47,333 nucleotides of DNA. Source: Vitrella brassicaformis CCMP3155 (lineage: Eukaryota > Protista > Chromerida). Location: positions 1 through 47,333 of the forward strand of contig CDMY01000582.1 in assembly GCA_001179505.1 (NCBI GenBank), read 5' to 3'. Below the pieces are notes generated by a model. That model saw nothing but the letters and a program-made list of their open reading frames with translations, did not search any database and was not told the DNA's origin. The translations under genes were made by a program, and so were the position numbers. Each line of letters opens with the position of its first letter. The first letter of the stretch is position 1. Below are positions 24,082 to 34,878 of this stretch, in pieces.

Positions 24082-26095
24082 TCACTTCTTCTTCTTGGCT
24101 TGCTGTCTGACGTGCAGGGGGTTCTGTGTGGTGAGCGAGCGGATGTACGTCAGCCGACCGAACGCAGCGATGCGGGGCTTGCTCCGCTTCGTGTTCAACG
24201 GATGCCTGCACACACACACACACACACACACAGAGAGACACGCACACGGCAATATGCGTCACACGACGACACGCGCATCCATCAACAATACCTCTCCACT
24301 GGGAGCGCCCTGTTGAGCAGCGCCCAGTAGTAGTGGCTGGGGCCGATGTTATCCCAGACCTCCTTCATGGCATTGATGGCCTAACCACAGTCACATGATT
24401 CACACACATGGAGAGGGAGGGAGGGAGACATAAAGAGATAGATGCCAATCAGCGTGCAGACAGCTGCTGTGGTGGGCGGTGGTCTCTCACTCACCCGTAT
24501 TTTGCTGGCGAAGTCCCAGCCGCGCGATCGCTCGAGGATGCGGATCGTGTGCACCACATTGGCCCGATCTAACGGACGGACACGGAAGGGAGCAAAGGAC
24601 GATGTGCACCTGTTAGTGCAGCTGGCCCGTTCTATCATCTCGCTTACACTTCCAGTCCTTAGGCAGAGAGTGCGCGAAGCGCTGGAGAGTCGGGTACCTG
24701 CACACACACACACAGACCATACACACACTCGAGCGTCCGTCCGTCTATGAGCCATCCACCCACCGACCCATGCACCGTATTTTGGCGAGTTCTTCTTCGA
24801 GCGGTTTCCTCGGTTTGCCCATGGTGATGCCGCCCGTGACACCATGGGGGACGGCACTCTCGAACCCGAAATGGTTGCGGAAGGGGTGCAGGGGGTGGGC
24901 CCTGACGAGCGGAGGGAGTGATGAGTGGATGGACAGCACAACACACACACACACAAAGACAGTAAGGGGACCTTTTCCTTGTGTTGATATTTCTGTCTCC
25001 TCACTCTTCTGTGGGCTGGTTCTCCGGCAAAATGCTCAGGACTTCATCCACGTCAACCTTCTCACCTGCGCACACATTAGCTCCCACATGCATGTTCGTG
25101 CATTGGCTGGCCTCATCCACCCACCGACCCACTTACTCGCCCACCGTTCTCTCTCTTGACGTGCAGCTCGTTGATGATGGCCCCGATGGCGTGCAGCTTC
25201 TGCTGCAGCCTCTCACGGCTGTCGTAGTGGTACCGCACATCGCCGCGGAAGGCCATCAACGGCTCAATCACCTCGGGCGGCATCTTTGCCTGGAGGACAA
25301 GACGGAGACAACACTCCCTCTCTCTTTGCGTGCATGGCTGACTGACATCTCTCTGTGGGTGTGTGGATTACCTCCAGCCGCAGTTTGGTCAGGTCTGGCC
25401 GATACTTGTCCAGATAATTCTCCACCTGCACACACACACAGCGACAATCCATCCGTTGAGGTAGACATACGGCCGTGCCGCAGACATTTGTGTGTGGTGT
25501 GTGGCGTGTGGTTTGTGCGGTGCGGTGCATGCCTGTTCCTCGTCGAGTTTGTTGCGCGTGCAGTGGTCGTAGAGGATGCGTTGGAGCACCGCCCGCTTCA
25601 TCATGTAGGGGTTGTCGTAGTCAGCCAGCACGTTGACCAGCTTCGGACGGCTGCAATGACACACAATACACTTCCGCCTTTAGCCATCGACGGACGCATC
25701 TCCAGGGCTGACCTTTGATCCATTAGGTCGTCCCTCACTGCATTGGACATGACGTCGAAGAACTGGTCGGTCGGCGCACTCTAAAGGAAGGGATGAACCG
25801 ACATGACAGCACATCATTAGAGTGCACAGTGACTGGATTGACATACCGGCGTCTTCCACTGGTTCTTGAGCCGTTTTGTGATGTGCTCGTAGAGTTCCGC
25901 CTTCTGCCGGTCCTCACAGAGCGTCTGCAGGGCGACGCGGTCAGAGAAGGCCTCTGACCTGAGAGTGAGTTACACCCACACAGACAAACAAACGTTTGTG
26001 TGACGGCGGCCGACGGCTGTTGGCTGTCTTGCCGACTTACTCGGCTGGCTGCTCCTCTGCGCCCATCAGCTGAAAGCGTTTGTACTGCATACAAA

Positions 26096-26129
<34 letters not shown>

Positions 26130-26666
26130 GAGCAAGCACAGGCAATGGTTGGCTATGTGTCGGTCTGTCTATCTTTCGCCCAAACGCACCTTGACGGGTT
26201 TCCGCCGCGCATAAGCTGGCTTCCCCTTCTCCCGCTTCTTGACGCCCCGCTCCCTTTCCTCCTGCTCACGCCTGTCCACCACACGCCTCTCCACCAGCCG
26301 ACGGTCACGGCCCTGCAGCTCCGGCCCTATCTGCATCGCCGCAGCGTCGTCCGACTGCCACTTGGGCACCTCAGCCGACGGCGGATACACTCGCCGGTCG
26401 ATGAGGGTCTTGCGCGCGTCCCAGTTGCGCCTGTCGAACTGCCGCAAGAGCGCCTTGACCCGGGCCTTCTTCCGTGCCGCATCGGTGAGGAGGGATGAGT
26501 CATAAGCTGCTTCTTCTGTTTGGGGTAATGCTGGGGAGTCGGGGCTGTCGGTTGGCTCACGGGGCGGGGTAGAACGGGAAGACAAGAGGCGCGTGGTGGT
26601 GCACCTCACGAAAGAGCCAGATCCTCGGTGGTGGGGAAGCAGCGCCGCACATCGATGGCGGATCAT
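24082..26666 (-). CDS. Conserved-looking hypothetical protein, possibly mitochondrial/RNA-associated (complete copy A)
   Basis: About 12 exons in continuous frame from MIRHRCAALLPHHRG.. (Arg/Ser-rich presequence-like) to ..HVRQQAKKKK-TGA; includes YPTLQRFAHSLPKDWKYRANVVHTIRILERSRGWDFASKIR; one GC-AG intron (25426-25532). Confidence 0.75.
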
Positions 26667-26712
26667 TGTAGAAATGGAAGATGCCAGATGGGTACCACTT
26701 GGCCGCCTTGAC
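24888..26712. repeat. Segmental duplication, copy A (paired with 27727-29592)
   Basis: Colinear near-identity in exons and introns with scattered SNPs and microsatellite indels; homology stops sharply after ..GCCTTGAC at 26712/29592. Confidence 0.95.
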
Positions 26713-27239
26713 ACTCTCCCTGTATATATGTGTGTGAGCCTCTCTGCGACCCGAGATCTGTGCGTGTTCGTCTAAGCTCGCAGAAACCCCACACCCTAAA
26801 CCCTAGACTCTCTGCTTTGAGGGCTTCTTCCCATTGCAGGGGGGGGGGGAGGCCGGGGAAATAATGTTGGTGTGATGGGCTGTGTGTGTGGGGAGTTTGA
26901 GGGGATGGCCTTGCGTGTGTGAGAAGTGGGTATGCGGCAGGGGGGGTATCGATGGGGTGAGGGCGGTGAAGTGGTGAGAGGTGCAATTTGGTGGAAAGGG
27001 CGAATGGCCAACCGATGGGCGTTGGCAGTTCTCAGAACAACTTGCAGTAAAGGTCTCCAGTCAATACTCGTCCATCCAGGGCATCGCCAAGTTGGCAAAA
27101 AAGCCATGGACACAGACAGAGAGTGAGAGACAACCGAGTGAGTGCAGGGGTGAGTGGGGGTGCAAGGGGGGGTCCATACGATACACACACACACACACAA
27201 CAGACACACACACAGACAACAGACACACACACACACACA

Positions 27240-27383
27240 GGCTCGGCCCTTCGGGCCTCGCCTTCGCATCAACGGCCCACACACACACTTAGAAAGACAC
27301 AGGCGAGGCAGGTTTCGCTCTGCTCGGCTCGGCTCGGCTCGGCTCTGCTCGGCTCGGCTCGGCCCTTCGGGCCTCGCCTTCGC
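27240..27383. repeat. 28-bp direct repeat bracketing (GCTCG)n and (AC)n tracts
   Basis: GGCTCGGCCCTTCGGGCCTCGCCTTCGC at ~27240 and ~27356; AGGCGAGGC at 27301 is complementary to part of it. Confidence 0.8.
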
Positions 27384-27426
27384 CTGAGTGACACACACAC
27401 ACACACAGAGGGAGGGAGAGAGGGAG

Positions 27427-27726
27427 NNNNNNNNNNNNNNNNNNNNNNNNNNNNNNNNNNNNNNNNNNNNNNNNNNNNNNNNNNNNNNNNNNNNNNNNNN
27501 NNNNNNNNNNNNNNNNNNNNNNNNNNNNNNNNNNNNNNNNNNNNNNNNNNNNNNNNNNNNNNNNNNNNNNNNNNNNNNNNNNNNNNNNNNNNNNNNNNNN
27601 NNNNNNNNNNNNNNNNNNNNNNNNNNNNNNNNNNNNNNNNNNNNNNNNNNNNNNNNNNNNNNNNNNNNNNNNNNNNNNNNNNNNNNNNNNNNNNNNNNNN
27701 NNNNNNNNNNNNNNNNNNNNNNNNNN
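27427..27726. other. Assembly gap (300 N)
   Basis: Run of N. Confidence 1.
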
Positions 27727-29546
27727 GCAGGGGGTGGGCCCGGAGGGAGGGAGGGAGGGAGGGAGGGGTGGGTGGGTGGGCAGCATACACACACACACAC
27801 ACACACACACAAAGACAGTAAGGGGACCTTTCCTTGTGTTGATCTTTCTGTCTCCTCACTCACTCTTCTGTGGGCTGGTTCTCCGGCAAAATGCTCAGAA
27901 CTTCATCCACGTCCACCTTCTCACCTGCACACACATTAGCTCCCACATGCATGTTCGTGCATTGGCTGGCCTCATCCACCCACCGACCCACTCACTCGCC
28001 CACCGTTCTCTCTCTTGACGTGAAGCTCGTTGATGATGGCCCCGATGGCGTGCAGCTTCTGCTGCAGCCTCTCGCGGCTGTCGTAGTGGTACCGCACATC
28101 GCCGCGGAAGGCCATCAGCGGCTCAATCACCTCGGGCGGCATCTTTGCCTGGAGGACAAGACGGAGACAACACTCCCTCTCTCTTTGCGTGCATGGCTGG
28201 CATCTCTCTGTGGGTGTGTGGTGTGGACCTGATTACCTCCAGCCGCAGTTTGGTCAGGTCTGGCCGATACTTGTCCAGATAATTCTCCACCTGCCACATT
28301 AACACACACAGCGATCGTCCGTTGAGATAGACATACGCTCCCGTGCCGCAGACATTTGTGTGTGGTGTATGGCGTGTGGTTTGTGCGGTGCGGTGCATGC
28401 CTGTTCCTCGTCGAGTTTGTTGCGCGTGCAGTGGTCGTAGAGGATGCGTTGGAGCACCGCCCGCTTCATCATGTAGGGGTTGTCGTAGTCAGCCAGCACG
28501 TTGACCAGCTTCGGACGGCTGCAATGACACACAATACACTTCCGCCTTTAGCCATCGACGGACGCATCTCCAGGGCTGACCTTTGATCCATTAGGTCGTC
28601 CCTCACTGCATTGGACATGACGTCGAAGAACTGGTCGGTCGGCGCACTCTAAAGGAAGGGATGAACCGACATGACAGCACATCATTAGAGTGCACAGTGA
28701 CTGGATTGACATACCGGCGTCTTCCACTGGTTCTTGAGCCGTTTTGTGATGTGCTCGTAGAGTTCCGCCTTCTGCCGGTCCTCACAGAGCGTCTGCAGGG
28801 CGACGCGGTCAGAGAAGGCCTCTGACCTGAGAGTGAGTTACACCCACACAGACAAACAAACGTTTGTGTGACGGCGGCCGACGGCTGTTGGCTGTCTTGC
28901 CGACTTACTCGGCTGGCTGCTCCTCTGCGCCCATCAGCTGAAAGCGTTTGTACTGCATACAAACAAACAAACAAACAAACAAACACACACACACACACAC
29001 ACACGGGGAGAGCAAGCGCAGGCAATGGTTGGCTATGTGTCGGTCTGTCTATCTTTCGCACAAACGCACCTTGACGGGTTTCCGCCGCGCATATGCTGGC
29101 TTGCCCTTCTCCCGCTTCTTGACGCCCCGCTCCCTTTCCTCCTGCTCACGCCTGTCCACCACACGCCTCTCCACCAGCCGACGGTCACGGCCCTGCAGCT
29201 CCGGCCCTATCTGCATCGCCGCAGCGTCGTCCGACTGCCACTTGGGCACCTCAGCCGACGGCGGATACACTCGCCGGTCGATGAGGGTCTTCCGCGCGTC
29301 CCAGTTGAGCCTGTCGAACTGCCGCAAGAGCGCCTTGACCCGGGCCTTCTTCCGTGCCGCATCGGTGAGCAGGGATGAGTCATAAGCTGCTTCTTCTGTT
29401 TGTGGTAAAGCTGGGGAGTCGGGGCTGTCGGTTGGCTCACGGGGCGGGGTAGAACTGGAAGACAAGGGGCGCGTGGTGGTGCACCTCACGAAAGAGCCAG
29501 ATCCTCGGTGGTGGGGAAGCAGCGCCGCATATCGATGGCGGATCAT
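27727..29546 (-). CDS. Copy B of the 24082-26666 gene; 5' exons present, 3' end lost in the gap
   Basis: Same exon series from MIRHRYAALLPHHRG to ..ILPENQPTE; many differences from copy A are synonymous; the next acceptor AG is removed by an 8-nt deletion at the gap edge. Confidence 0.7.
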
Positions 29547-29890
29547 TGTAGAAATGGAAGATGCCAGATGGCTACCACTTGGACGCCTTGACGGGGACCT
29601 TCTGCAGCGCAGATGAGCTGCGAGGCTCCAGGCTGTGGTGCGCCACCGGTTTCATGCAGCACCCTAGGCGACTCTTGCGAGCTTTAGTCAAGCTTGCGAG
29701 GAGATCTGAAGGCGAATCTCCCCCGATAGATGCAGTAGCAGCAGTTGTCAGACATTGCACAGCCAACAGACGCTGCCACAGCCAACAGACACTGTCAGCC
29801 AGTGCCGGCTCCTGTAAGGTACGAGGAGGAGATCTGCACAGCACCGCTCCGGCGCACTTTGCGACGGCCTGAGGCGTCAGCACGGCACAG

Positions 29891-32755
29891 ATGTGGGTTT
29901 TGGCAGCAACAGTCTCAGCAGCGCTTCTCGGGACTGCCACAGCAGGTCAGTGCGGAGGAGATATGGAGAGGATCACAAGAAGGCCGCAGTTAGCGGGCCT
30001 GTCCGTGCTGTTTGTGTTTGCAGTGTCGTTTGTGCAAGATGCGCTGCCGTATGCTTATGACGCGTTGGAGCCGGCGGTCGACGCGCAGACAATGGAGCTG
30101 CACTTTAGCAAACACCACGCAGGATACATCACAAACCTCAACAAGGCCATCGCGTAAGGCCTTGAGAGATGGAAGGGCAGAGCAGAGCAGCGGAGTGGCT
30201 GATGTGTCAATCCATCCTCATCATTTCTCTCGCGTGTGTCTTACTTGTCTGTCAGGACCAATGCGTCGTCGTTTGACAGCCTGTCGCTTACTGACATAAT
30301 CGAGGTCGCTAAAGAGCAAGATGGTACGTAGCCAACCAGCTGTAGGCCGACATGAGCATGCGACATTCTGTGTGTGTGTATATGTGTGTGTGTGTGTCAG
30401 TCTTGGTGCGCAACAACGGAGGCGGCGCCTACAACGTGAGCCGACAGACAGACAGACAGACAGACAGACAGATAGGCTGTGATCCAATCCACACATGCTC
30501 TCACTTGGTGTGTCTTCCTTCCCCCATCGCACCCCGCCCCGCTGCAGCACGATCTGTTTTGGAAGGCCATGGCACCAGTGGACGGGGTCGGCCAGCGGTC
30601 CGCCGCACTCGAACAGGTGAGTCACGCACAGACGACAAATGGCACATCGACTGACTGATCGGTGAAATGCCTCTTCCCAACGTGTGTCCATCCCTCAGGC
30701 TATCACGAGTGCGTTCGGGTCTTACGATGCCTTCGAGGAAGCCCTCAGCGAGGCGGCGGGAAGCGTGTTCGGGTCAGGGTGGGCATGGCTGGTGGTCGGC
30801 CGCACAGGCGCACTCTCCATCATGACCTCACCCAACCAGGTGAGCACGCGGTGAGATCTGTCGGCCTGTGTGTGCACGTGTGTATGTGTGTGTCATCCGA
30901 CCATCCATCCATCCATCAGGACTCTCCCCTGATGGGCCTTGAGGCGATTCCCATATTGGGTATCGACGTCTGGGAGCATGCTTACTACCTCAATTACCAG
31001 AACAGGAGGTCGGCAAGGGAGAGGGGAGGGAAGCGATCCACACGCGCAGCACGTCCATCTGTCTAACGATTCTCTGCTGCTATAGGGCTGAGTACATCGC
31101 CGCCTGGATGAACATCATCAACTGGACACAGGTACGCACAGAGACACACTACACTCGCTTTGCCATGCCAAAAGCTCCCATCCCTTTCTCCCTCCATCCA
31201 TCCATCCACTCGTTCAGGTGTCTGAGAATTTTGAGAGCTACGCGTTGGAGGGCAGCCCGGTGCCATCCCTGACAGAGGAGGAGGCCACCACCGCTCCACC
31301 ACCAGAAGACTCAGACGCAGACGTTCTCAGCGCCGCTGCCAACGGCGATACGCTCAGAAGCAGACAACTCGCAGAGGCAGACGCACCAGGTAGGAGGGAG
31401 GACCTTTGTTGGGCGCCAGGTCATCCGTCCTAAATCGTGCCTTGTGTGTTGACCTGTTTGGTGTGCAGTGGTGTTCGAGCAGGCGGAGCTGCCGTATGCT
31501 TATGACGCCTTGGAGCCGGTGATCGACGCGCAGACAATGGAGCTGCACTTCAGCAAACACCACGCCGGATACATCAACAAACTCAACACGGCTATCTCGT
31601 AAGGGAGACCACACAACAAGAGGACACACACACATCCATCCATCCATCCATTCATTCACAGGACTCTGAGTGAGGTGCCGACTGAGCTGACGGCCCTGCT
31701 GCCGAAGATCAAGACACTCGGCGGTGAGTGTAGCCACGACCATTTGCTTCCCGTCATTCGGCAACACACTGACTGACAGGTCTATGTATGCCTTGTGTAC
31801 GTGTCTCGATGTCAGCTGCTGTGAGGAACAACGGAGGCGGCGCATACAACGTGAGCAGGGCTGGATGCAACAGAAACACATGCATACATACATTTCCCGT
31901 TCCCTCCCGTCCCCTCCCCTGATCTCCCCCTGTGCACCGCTGCAGCATGCCATGTTCTGGGAGACCATGGCGCCCAACGGCACAGCCGCCAGCCAGCCGT
32001 CAGAAGCCCTCATGAAGGCAAGCGACCGACCCACGCCCCCAAGTCCCCACATACCCCTCGAGCACGGACCATTGTGAGGCCATTCACCGTGTGTGTGCAG
32101 GCCATCGAGGTGTCCTTCCCGTCCTTCGAGGCCATGCAGGAGCAGTTCAGCATCCGTGCCGGAAGAGTGTTCGGGTCAGGCTGGGCGTGGCTGGTGGTCG
32201 ACCCCAAGGACCCCCAGAACCTCGCCATCGTGACCACGCCCAACCAGGATAGCCCCCTGATGGACGACGATGCAGGCGACGCCATGATCCCCATATTGGG
32301 TTTGGACGTCTGGGAGCATGCTTACTATCTCAAATACCAGAACAGGAGGTCGGCAGGGCAGGGCAGTAAAGGTCGCGGGCAAGCGGCATCTCATCTGTCT
32401 CTGTGGCTGGCTGTGTGCGTCAACCAGGGCGGATTACATCGCTGCATGGTGGGGCCTGGTCAACTGGGATAAGGTGAGTAGCACTAAGCACACACAACTG
32501 CCTGTGCGGTGTGCGTGTGTCCTGATCCATCCATCCATCCATCCGTCCGTCCGTCAGGTGTCGTCATTCTACGACGAGTATGCGTCCAAGGGCCAGCCCG
32601 TCCCCCTCCTCACCAGCACACAGCAAGGCGGCGCCCAACCAGAGGAGGGCAGCCCCGACTCCTCCAGTGCTCTGTCGGTGACGGCGTCGGTCATGTCTCT
32701 GCTGCTGCCGACGCTGGTCGTGGCCATGGCTGTCGGTGGTGGGGTGCGGTGGTGA
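29891..32755 (+). CDS. Two-domain Fe/Mn-family (Mn-signature) superoxide dismutase with signal peptide and C-terminal GPI/TM-like tail; 16 exons
   Basis: [18 protein letters not shown] signal; both domains carry [58 protein letters not shown] (all four metal ligands); tail ..[31 protein letters not shown]. Confidence 0.92.
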
Positions 32756-34206
32756 AGCTGGTGTCTCGTGTGTCCGCCTTTGCCTGTCTGTGTATGTGTG
32801 TGAATGAATGAATGTTTGTTTAGTGCGTGTGTGCGTAAGTGTTTCTATGGTGTCACATCACACCACGGAGGGGTCGACGTGTCGAGTGTGTGTGTGTGTG
32901 AGTGTATGTGTGGTATCGCAGATCGAGCTAGCAGCTAGTGACTCCCCCGGCTGCCATGCCAGGCCAGGCCAGGCCCATACCTACCTTTGCGATGGATGCA
33001 GCCATGCCATGCCATGCCATGTATGTCTCATATATGTGGATGTGTGTGAGTTTGAGAGTGGATGTGCCTACCGTGCCACCCTACGTACACCTCCCCCGTC
33101 TCCCGGCGTCTTGTGGTCAGTGTCCTTCACTTGCCTCTTCCTTGCTAATGGAAATAGCATGGAAGCGCCGAGATGAAGGACGCCGGCCACAAGACGCCAA
33201 AGGCGGTGCTAGAAGACGCAAACCGGCCTACACACCTACTTCTGCTTTGCCTGTGAATGCAGCAATGCCTTAATGCACGTATCATGCGCGTACACACGGA
33301 TGGATGGATGTGTGGATGGGTGGATGGGTGCGCGTGCGTGTGAAAGCGAGGGCGGTGCATTTTTTGCGCCTGCTGGCCATGGCTCGGTGGGTGAGGGACG
33401 AGATGGTTGGACGACGAATGGATGGACGTACGTGTACGTGTGTGTATGTGTGTGTAATTAGATACATATGTAGATCTGGAAAGACAGCCGACCAAGGTGA
33501 CAATACCTCTGACGGCCAGGGAGGGAGGGAGGGAGGGAGGGATGGGGAGGTGTGCGCGTCTGTCGGTTTTCTGCCTGATGTGCCGATGTGCCGAAGGGCA
33601 TGAGAACCTCTTCTCGTCCTGCCTGGTACAAAAACCCATCTCGTATACATACCTTTTCAGACTAGTGTGCCCATCCGGCCATGTGGCCGGCCAGCCGGTG
33701 CCTTCCTTGCTTCTGCCACATATGTACAATTTTGGAGGTGCTTTTGTTGTGTGCGCTGTGTGTCTGAGCCCGGCGATGGATACAGATCGGTCTCGTTTGC
33801 GTCAGTGCAAAGTTCCGTTTCTCACGCGTGTCGACGCACATATGGGGCGCATACCTCACCGGCACAACCTGATGCGAGATCCACGTGCGAGCTTGGCGAT
33901 CCCTCCAACAGCGTTTACATTTCGCGGCCGTTGCGGATCCCCGCGCGCTCTCCTCTCTCTTCGTTAGCCGTGCGACGACAGCCCTCCCTGTCTCTCTGCC
34001 CTCTGTCTTAGCGGCCAGGCTCCTCTCCCCTTTCTGTCCTCTCATCTGCAGCATTCTCCCTCGACTCCCTCCACTCTCATCGCTTTTGACTCCGAGTCTG
34101 TCTCTCCTCGACTTGTTCTCTTCAGCCAGCCCCTTGTTGTTGTTGTTTCTTCACCTGCCCGCTGCTCGTCTGCGTTTCCACCCGTCGTCCGCCCGCTCCA
34201 CGACCG

Positions 34207-34878
34207 ATGAAGCTCCTTTCCCTTTCCCTGCTGGTATGCCTGCTTGGCATCGCACTGGTCTGCGCTGATGATCAGAAGCGGCGGGCTGCTAATGCCGATG
34301 CTCCGTCTGCGGTGGCCCGGCGTTTGCGAGGAGGGGAAGCTGGTGACACCACAGACGAAGTGACATCCGATGGTACGCACACACGAAGTGACATAGATGC
34401 CTCGCAGTCAGAGGTACGCCTTTCGTGTGTATTTGTCTGTGTGCTTGTAAGTAGGTGGTGTGTCTGATGCTCTTGTGACGGAGCCAGCGGCAGCAGACGA
34501 TGAGGTCGCGGCTGATGAGTCGACGGCGGCACTTACAGGTGGGTGTGCAGACAGACATCCCCGCCGCAACTGCACACACGTCATAGATTATTTTGGCCAC
34601 GTACTGTATGTGTGTGTGGTGTGTGTGCAGATAAAGATGAAGATGAGCCCAGTGGCCTGGAGGCTGTGGAGGAGTCATCGAGTCCCACAGAGCGGAGGCT
34701 GGGCCCGGACTTCTGGGACAAGCTCAAGTACTACAAGAACAAGCTCAAGCAGAAGTGGTATGGCTACAAGAACAAGAAGTATGGTGGCGGTGGCTACAAG
34801 AACAAGAAGTATGGTGGCGGTGGCTACGGCCGTGGGTATGGCCGTGGCTACGGCGGTGGCTACGGCGGTTACTGGTAG
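34207..34878 (+). CDS. Small secreted precursor: signal peptide, acidic pro-region, Tyr/Lys/Gly-rich C-terminal peptide; 3 exons
   Basis: MKLLSLSLLVCLLGIALVCA|DD..; two phase-1 introns keep frame; ERRL followed by GPDFWDKLKYYKNKLKQKWY(GYKNKKYGGG)x2GYGRGYGRGYGGGYGGYW*; perfect 30-bp coding duplication 34762-34821. Confidence 0.85.

Noticed and set aside
26794-26806. Telomere/telo-box-like CCCTAAACCCTAG near the duplication breakpoint
   Set aside because: Under two repeat units, about 80 bp from the breakpoint; compatible with chance.
27032-27130. Possible terminal exon (..QLGDALDGRVLTGDLYCKLF*) between the duplicated copies
   Set aside because: Not homologous to the 3' exons of copy A and there is no upstream context because of the gap.
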